Made by a program: the position numbers and the translations under genes. DNA of 64,000 bases from the human T2T-CHM13v2.0 reference genome, Homo sapiens. The stretch lies in the NCBI RefSeq assembly GCF_009914755.1, contig NC_060931.1; one strand, written 5' to 3'. Each line of letters opens with the position of its first letter. The first letter of the stretch is position 1. Positions 56,001 to 64,000 of the stretch are shown here, piece after piece. The notes under the pieces were generated by a model that searched no databases, was not told where the DNA came from, and saw nothing but the letters and a program-made list of their open reading frames with translations.

Positions 56001-59000
56001 TTTTGGAAATACTGAAAATTGAACTGATCTCTCTTATTACATTCACAGACTTCCTAGGAATCCAGAGACCCCCAAGTGGGGAGCAACTGGATTTAGCAAT
56101 TGCCGTAAGTTCCCATCTGCTTCTAACATTCTGTGATTTGTGAACACAGCATTACAACTAATAAAATCGACCAGTTACAAATGTTGCTTCCAACAGCAAG
56201 TTTTGAAATACAGGTCCAACATTTTTGTGGGAAAGGAGCAAACAGAGATACTTCTAAAACTTGGAGAGCAGGGTAAAGACTGGGAATAGCTGCACTTCAC
56301 TATGTCCCATGATTTTCCTTGGTGAGCAACCAAAATTAGTGATGTCTACTCTGTTGTCCTTGACCACAAACAGATCTACTTGTGATTTAAGAAAAACCCC
56401 AACCCCAAACCGAACCAAACCAAAACAACAGACCCTTCATGTGATGCTTTATGTCTACATCCTGAATAGACCTTACACCATCCTCTGTATCGTAAGCTCT
56501 ATACTGCAGGCAGAATGAAAAACCAGACCTGACTATATCAACCCTCTGTTGGTTCTTCACTGCCCATAGGGTAAAATTTAACCTCCTTGGCTTGATGTAC
56601 AAGGTTTGCATTATATAACTATCATCTGCACCTGATTCCTCTCCATGTATACTTTGTGAACCTGCTAGACTGAATTTTCCATCATCCTTGCAAACTACCA
56701 GACCTTTCTTAAATCTCTGCCTTTGCACATGCCATTCTGCTAACTGGAATATTCTCTCTGCTCAATCTTTGTTGGATAAATCCCTATAATAGCCAGTTAA
56801 GACAATAGCACTTATTATGTACTAGGCATTCATTTAATCCTTACAATGAGGTGGTTGCCATTATCAGCCCCAGTTTGCAGAGGAGGAACCTGGCCCAGAG
56901 ATGTTTGGTAGACTTCCCAAGGTCACAGAGCCAATAAATGAGGAAGCTAGGATTTGAACCTGTGCAGTCTATCACTCAGGACCTGTATTCTTAATCTCTG
57001 TGCCACACTGCCTATCTCCTAAGATGGCACTTTCAAAGGTGAAGGAAGCTATTCCCAGATGCCTCAAATTGGAGTTAGCACTTCAGTTCTTAGGATTCTC
57101 AAAGTGCTTTCTAAGGCATCCTTGCAATAGAATTTATCAAGTTGCATTATTATTTTTCTCTGTGCCTGTGTGACCTGTAATTTTGCGTACCATTCAGCCT
57201 TGTATGCCCAGAGCCTAGTAAAAAGCCTATCACTGGTTAAACACTTTGTAGCTATGTCTTGAATGAGTGAATGAATGAGTGAAGGAGTAAAGGCAGAAAC
57301 ACTTGTCTGTGCTTAGCTGGAACAGGCTCATCTTTCCTTCTGTGACATGCTTCTGGGATATCAGTTGAAAAACACTTTCTTCCAATAGACTTTACCTGTC
57401 TCAGGGGTGCAAAACATTCCAACAGGAAAACTTAGAACTCTCAGTTGTCCTCTCCACGTGACAGTAAATTATTGCCAAATCTTGCAAAGATGCCCATGAA
57501 TTCTGCTGAGTATCCATGTCGCACTCCAGTCCGACAACATTGATTTATGTAAGTATAGGTTTGGTGCTCTGTGAGGACTCACCATCTGCTTAAGTTGTGT
57601 TTACTTTAAGTACCAGTCAGCGTTTTCCTGACGAGTTATAGAAAAATGGTAGTTCAACTTAATTTTTAAGCGAGGCCTGTTTGAGAATAATTTGTTAATT
57701 ACTAGTTGGTTGATCCCATTTCCTTAAATTAAGGGCTTCAGTTAATATCACATGCTTATTGCCAGCTTGCTGGAAGCCACTGCAGTGGTACCGCCAGTTG
57801 CATGATATATTGCAGCCTTATTCTCCCAGGCCAGTCCTGCCCTGGCTTTTCCGTTTATCTTTAACTAATTTAACAAGCCTGAAAAGTAACCTGGTGGTTT
57901 ACTAGCTTTAGGACTGCAAATTGGAAGCTTAATTTAATAGCCACTTATAAAACCACTGAGGCAGAAATTGGTTATTAGGCCTTCATATGATGGGGCACAC
58001 AGAGCCATCTGATCAAGGCTGATTCTTCCAGATACAGGAAGATTGGAGTTCACACCATTTGGGCTGGAAGTGTTTTATCAACTGCACACAAGACAGGGTT
58101 TGAACCTTGTCATCAGGTGGCGTGGAGTTCAGTGGATTTCTTTTCTTTTCTTTTTGGCAAGAAAGGAAATATTTGGCAGACTGTTATTGGGGAGGTCCAA
58201 GGAGATTGGCCACGGCCATCAGAAGAGGGCACGCTGAGGTTGGGTGCATTGGGATATATAATGACTTTTGTAAATGTTTTGGTTTCAATAAAATCCCAAA
58301 TGTATTTTATCAATGCATTTTTCCCCTTAATTTTTAGACCCTTGTGTATTTCAAGGGAAATTTAATTCATATGGTTTTGATTCATTTATACTTAACTCAT
58401 CAAAATGTTGTTTTCTAAGAGTTATTTGATGTCCAAGAAGACTTCGGAGCTTGATTTAAATACCTTCCAGTGTGCTTTCCCCCTCCCTTTTAAAAATAGA
58501 AAGCCATCTACTCTTGGCAAAACCTAAATGCACACACTCTAAAAGTTTGCATTTGGTTGAAAGCTCCAAGCCCATGAGGCTGTCGAGCTGGGCCAAATGC
58601 ATTCTCCAGCTCCTGGTAATGTGTGAGCCTGTTACTCAAAAGCACAGAGAGATCTTTACCACTTGATAATCTCTGGTGGCTCTCCACATGGAAAGAAACT
58701 CTAAAATATAAAATGTCTGCCATTTGCTACATCTTTGATCTTGGAAAAGCCACTTAACCTCCCTTCACTTCAGCTTCCCATCAGTAAAGTCGGGCTAATA
58801 TTCATTTTGCCTACCTCCCAGAATGATTGAGAGGATTAAAGAAGCTAATATAAAAGTCCAAAGATACCAAAAGCATCACATCTCTTTTCTTGATGTTATT
58901 GTTCTTTGAAAAAAATAATAAATACTCAGCCTTTAGTGAATATTTGGTATGTGGCAGGTACTATGTTTGACTTTTTGTAAGTTACCATCATGTTTAATCC

Positions 59001-59136
59001 TCATAGCACCAGGTGAACTGGAGCTACTTTTAATCTCCACATTTTGGAAGATAAAACCTCTGTGTCATTTGCTCAAAGTCTTATAGTTTATGGGTAGAAA
59101 AGCTGGAATATAAGTCAAGCTCTTTATGGTTTTTAA

Positions 59137-60018
59137 AAACTTTTTTAAATTTTAAAATAATTATACATACAGGATACAGAGTGATATTTTGTATCACATG
59201 TATACAACATAATGATAAAATCAGGGTAACTTGATCACCACAAACATTTATCATTTCTCTGTGTTGTAAGTATTCGAATGCCCTCTTCTAGCTTTTTGAA
59301 AATGTACAATAAATTACAGTTAACCATATTCACCCTATAGTGCCGTGGAACACCAGAACTTATTCCTCCTAACTCTTTGTTAACCCACCTCTCCCACTGT
59401 CCTCTCCTCATCCCCTTCCCAGCCTCTAATACTCACAATTCTACTCTCTACTTCCATGAGATTAAACAAAATTTTTTTCCTTAGCTCCCACATATGAGTG
59501 AGAACATACAGTATTTATCTTCCTGTGCCTGACTTATTTTGTTTAGCATAATGTCCCCCGGGCTTATCCATGTTCTGTGAATGACAGGATTTCATTCTTT
59601 TTTATGACTGAATAGTATTCCAGTGTGTATATATGCCACATTTTCTTCATCCGTTCATCTGTTGATGGACATATAGGTTGATTCTATATCTTAGCTATCG
59701 TGAATAGTGCTGCAGCAAACATGGGGGTGCAGGTGTCCCTTTGGTATACTGATTTCCTTTCCTTTTGATATGTTTCTCAAAATCCTCCAGCAGTGGAATT
59801 GATGGATTATATGGTAGTTTTTTTTTGTTTGTTTTTTGAGAAACTTTCATACTGTTTTCTATAATGGCTGTACTAATTCACATTCCCATCAATAGTGTAT
59901 AAGAGTTCCCTTTTCCCGCATCCACACTGTCAGCATGTGTTAACTTTTTGTCTTTTCGATAATAGCCATTCTAACTGGGGTGAGATGATATCTCGTTGTG
60001 GTTTTGATTTGCATTTTC
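59137..60018 (-). mobile_element. L1MA-type 3' end inserted in a MIR
   Basis: Antisense L1 3' UTR/ORF2 end; TSD ctttatggtttttaa (59122-59136) / ctttatgagttttaa (60019-60033). Confidence 0.88.
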
Positions 60019-60370
60019 CTTTATGAGTTTTAACCACTAAGTTGTATAGTAAATGGTTAAAGTCACATTAATCACTGTAATGTTGTGACTCAATATCAGA
60101 GTTTATCTTGAGTCAGTATCACTCATCATTGAGTCTCTTAATATTGTTAAGATCACTTAGTCACATTTTCTATTACATTCTCTTTTTGAATAATTAGGGT
60201 AAATGCATATGTAAAATATGTCATTCAAATATACAGACATTCAAAGATCATTCCTTACGTAGGACAGTAATAGAAGCTAATTTTAATTGAACACCTACTT
60301 TGGACCAGACACTGCAGAGCTCTCTATATGCCTTATTTCGTTTAATCTTCAGAACAACTCTATAAGGTAA

Positions 60371-60864
60371 AGTCAAGAACTGTGAAGAGCTGAGATTTCC
60401 CCCTACTTGCAACCTAATTAGTCTACTAGTTTCATGGATGCTGGCAGTAGCTATGAGACTCCTGGGTCAGACACAAAGTTCTTTATTACTCATGGCCAGC
60501 AAGCAGCATCAGCCTCATGTTCATATCACTTCCTCTTGTTCCTAGCTCCTATGAGAGTGATGTGGAGTGACCCAGGTGGCTGCTGAACATGCAGGGAGTT
60601 TACATTATGGCTGAAGAACTCTGGGCTTAGAAATCTCATTCTCTTTTAATGTTGGGGGAAGCAGCCTTGCCTGACCTTTGCTCCCAAGGGAGATATCTTT
60701 ATTACACTGGACAGTAAGCAAACCTGCCATCTGCTCCAGAGGGACACACTAAGTCTGTCTTCTAACTCTGCTGTGCAAACATATTTGAAAAAATTCCAGA
60801 ACCAAGGCCATCTGTACCTCTGCTGCTAGGACATACATAGTCCATAGAGGACTGTCTCCCAACA
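60371..60864 (-). mobile_element. LTR40-like ERVL solo LTR
   Basis: Reverse complement begins TGTTGGGAGACAGTCCTCTATGGA and contains ctctggagcagatggcaggtttgcttactgtccagtgtaataaagata as in remembered LTR40. Confidence 0.75.
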
Positions 60865-62247
60865 CTTAGTCGCTCTATTTTACAGGCAGGAAAACTGGAT
60901 TTAGAGAGGTGGAATCATTCATTCATTCCAGAAATATGTATTGAATACCTGTATGTGTTAAGGTTCCTTAGCTAAAAATTGGAGGAGGGGGAGTCAACAC
61001 AGGCTTTAGGCCACTAACTTGTCCCCTTACCCACTTAACCCCTCTCCTCCTCAGCCACTGTCTCATCTTGCCTCCCCACCTTATGGCTAATTATATAAAA
61101 TGATAATTCACTTACGATGATGATGACTCTTTGGGACACATGTTTCTCCTGCCATCAAATTCTTCCTCTGCAGCTTGACCCAGCCCCAGATACCCAAATG
61201 CCATAGGTCATTTACCTGAGATGTGGAAGCGGTATTGGTAGATCCTGATACAAGTCAGAATGGTGTTTTGAGGTGGAATTTAGTAGCACATAGAAGACAG
61301 TGGTGCTAGGTGATTTGAAAGTTAGATTAAACATAAAAAATTTTGTAATGGAAAACTTAGTTTTGTAAGATGGAATTAATTTGGTGTCTTTACAAAACTC
61401 AGAAGGTTCCTTTTCCCTGTTGCCCCTCCATCAATTAATCAGCACCGTTTTATGCCTGTATAAAAGTGCAAACCATTAAATGCTTTATAAAGATTTTGAT
61501 AGTGTTCATGCTAGTTTGTGGGAGTCCCCTTGCCATGTGCCTGAATTGATCTGGCATAAAATATTAAATGACTATGAATTTGGAATCTGGGGGAGAAACA
61601 TAAGGTCTTGGCAACAGAAGATTGGACGCATCTTTTCCCAACAAAGAGGTCTCCTGCGGCCCACAGGAAGGAATCTCAGGCTGCAAATTATCTCCTTTCT
61701 CAACATGGCCCAACTCAGGAAGCTAGTTTGCCAGGTTCCTGAGAAAATAATAAAGATGGACATGGAGTGATGAAGAGGTTGGTGGCTGGAATACCTACCT
61801 TTGAACTGTCGTGGGGAAACAAAGTGAAAATTAGCTGGTCAATCATTGTTCCTTTCAACCAAGTCACAGCAGGGGAAAGACTCTTCCACTGGCCTCTCCA
61901 CCAGAGGAGAAGCTGTGTTTTAAAAAATAGGAAGAAAAGAAGCCTGACTTGGTGCTTATTTAGCCCTGCCACTGTGTTCATGGATTAGTATAGCACAGTG
62001 AGAATTTCTCTCCTGCTGGTCTGCCCCTGTCGGCACCTGAAGCTATTGGCTCTGTTTTCTGGGCTCATTTCAATTCCCCCTGATGCCAGAGAAAATCCAA
62101 TTAGTGAAGAATTTGAAAGAAAGAATTCTAGAGGAAACTCTATCACCCTGAAACCATAGCAGAGTGGGGATGTGATGACTCTTGTGGGGTCATAAATGTC
62201 ATGAGTTTCTTCCTAATCTTAAATGGTAATCCAGAAAGTAAGTTTAC

Positions 62248-62601
62248 TGATATTGTTTGGCTGTGTCCCCACCCAAATCTCATCTTGAGTTGTAGCTCCC
62301 ATAATCCCCATATGTGGTGGGAGGGAGCTGGTAGGGGGTAATTGAATCATGAGGTTGGGCGTTTCCCATGCTGTTCTTGTGATAGTGAATAAGTCTCACG
62401 AGAACTGATGGTTTTACAAAAGGGCAGTTCCCCTGCACATACTCTCTTGTAAGACGTTCCTTTGCTCCTCCTTCACTTTCTGCCATGATTGTAAAGCCTC
62501 CCCAGCCACGTGGAACTGCGAGTCAATTAAACCTGTTTTTCTTTATAAATTACTCAGTCTCAGGTATGTCTTTATTAGCAGTGTGAGAACCGACTAATAC
62601 A
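62248..62601 (+). mobile_element. THE1B-type solo LTR
   Basis: tgatattgtttggctgtgtccccacccaaatctcatcttg...gactaataca; near-TSD tttac / tttat. Confidence 0.9.
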
Positions 62602-62657
62602 TTTATACTCAGACTTTCTTTGATGGAGCCAGCCTCCTTGAAAGCAGTTATTTTTAG

Positions 62658-63178
<521 letters not shown>

Positions 63179-63830
63179 CTAACATACTTGAGAGGGTGAG
63201 GGAATGATTGCAGCTTTGCTGAGGGTATCCAAGGCCTGTTCATGGTAGAAGCAAAACAACCTCAACAAACAAAACCAAACAAACCCAACAAAGAATGTGA
63301 ATGTTACTTTCTTAATTTTCTGATTCTGTCCCTATTCCCTGAAGGAAGCCCTTGGACCAGCTGGAGCACCTTTCCTGAAGTCAACTATACCAGACACCAG
63401 AAAATACACGTGACTCCAAGGGAATCTTCAGGCAGACCATCGTCCCCTCCCACTTTATTCCCTTCGACAGTCTGCCCACTGTTTCCTTGTTGTTTTTGGT
63501 TGGTCTGTTTGTTTTGGGTCCCCCCAGCCGCCCCTCCCCTCCCCCACACTCATCTCCTACCTCCCCAGCTCCAGGAAGCTATACACAAACTGGAGCATTT
63601 GGAGCTAACTTGGTGGGATGATGTGGCTTCTGGCAGCTCCCACAATATGACACCAGTGAAAATACAAACCAAATGTTCCTTGTGTTCTAGGGTGTGAAGT
63701 CTTCATCGCCCTTTTCTTTGAGAGCAGAGAGCACAAAAGAACTAGACATTTGGTGGTTTCTGTCCTGGCTCTGCCTTTTAATAGCTGGGTGACATCTCTG
63801 AATCCAATTCTTTATAAAATAATAATTGTA

Positions 63831-64000
63831 GGTCCGGGCGTGGTGGCTCACACCTGTAATCCCAGCACTCTGAGAGGCTGAGGTGGGCAGATCACGAAGT
63901 CAGGAGATCAAGGCCATCCTAGCTAACACGGTGAAATCCCATCTCCACTGAAAATACAAAAAATTAGCTGGGCGTGGTGGTGGGTGCCTGTAGGCCCAGC
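63831..64000 (+). mobile_element. AluY/Sc-like, cut off by the window end
   Basis: gatcacgaagtcaggagatc..ccatcctagctaacacggtgaaa. Confidence 0.9.

Noticed and set aside
57985-58025. Possible C/D box snoRNA (atgatgg...ctga)
   Set aside because: Imperfect C box and only ~35 nt between boxes.
61170-61990. Possible ERVL/MaLR internal fragment with short ORFs
   Set aside because: Similarity too vague to call without alignment; ORFs show no clear retroviral motif.

Overview
Primate, almost certainly human, genomic DNA, largely non-coding and rich in Alu, L1, L2, MIR, MaLR/ERVL LTR and hAT/mariner relics. I recognise the unique sequence from memory (not from a database search) as the 5' promoter region of CREB5 (CRE-BPa, ATF2-family bZIP, chr7p15), + strand. 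It has three spaced first-exon modules. (1) A CpG island (~26.3-27.8 kb) with a dense bZIP/E-box cluster and a short candidate non-coding exon ending at a GTAAGT donor (26746|26747). (2) A TATA-driven ~400-nt exon (~29840-30240) whose last three bases are the ATG of the long (alpha) isoform. (3) A short exon (~52935-53007) matching the beta-isoform 5' UTR. No other coding exon is supported; the listed ORFs are repeat-derived or GC-rich artefacts. I found no convincing new gene system. The best leads are: both downstream first exons end in a 3'-splice-acceptor-like sequence 6 nt and 1 nt before their donors (possible ATG-supplying microexon or recursive-type splicing); CRE/CARE/ARE sites suggest autoregulation and stress input, paired with uORFs; and a ~450-bp stretch near 58.0-58.5 kb resembles, from memory, a dispersed GAS5-related retro-copy family. 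Repeat subfamily names are from remembered consensus sequences, and old-repeat boundaries are approximate.
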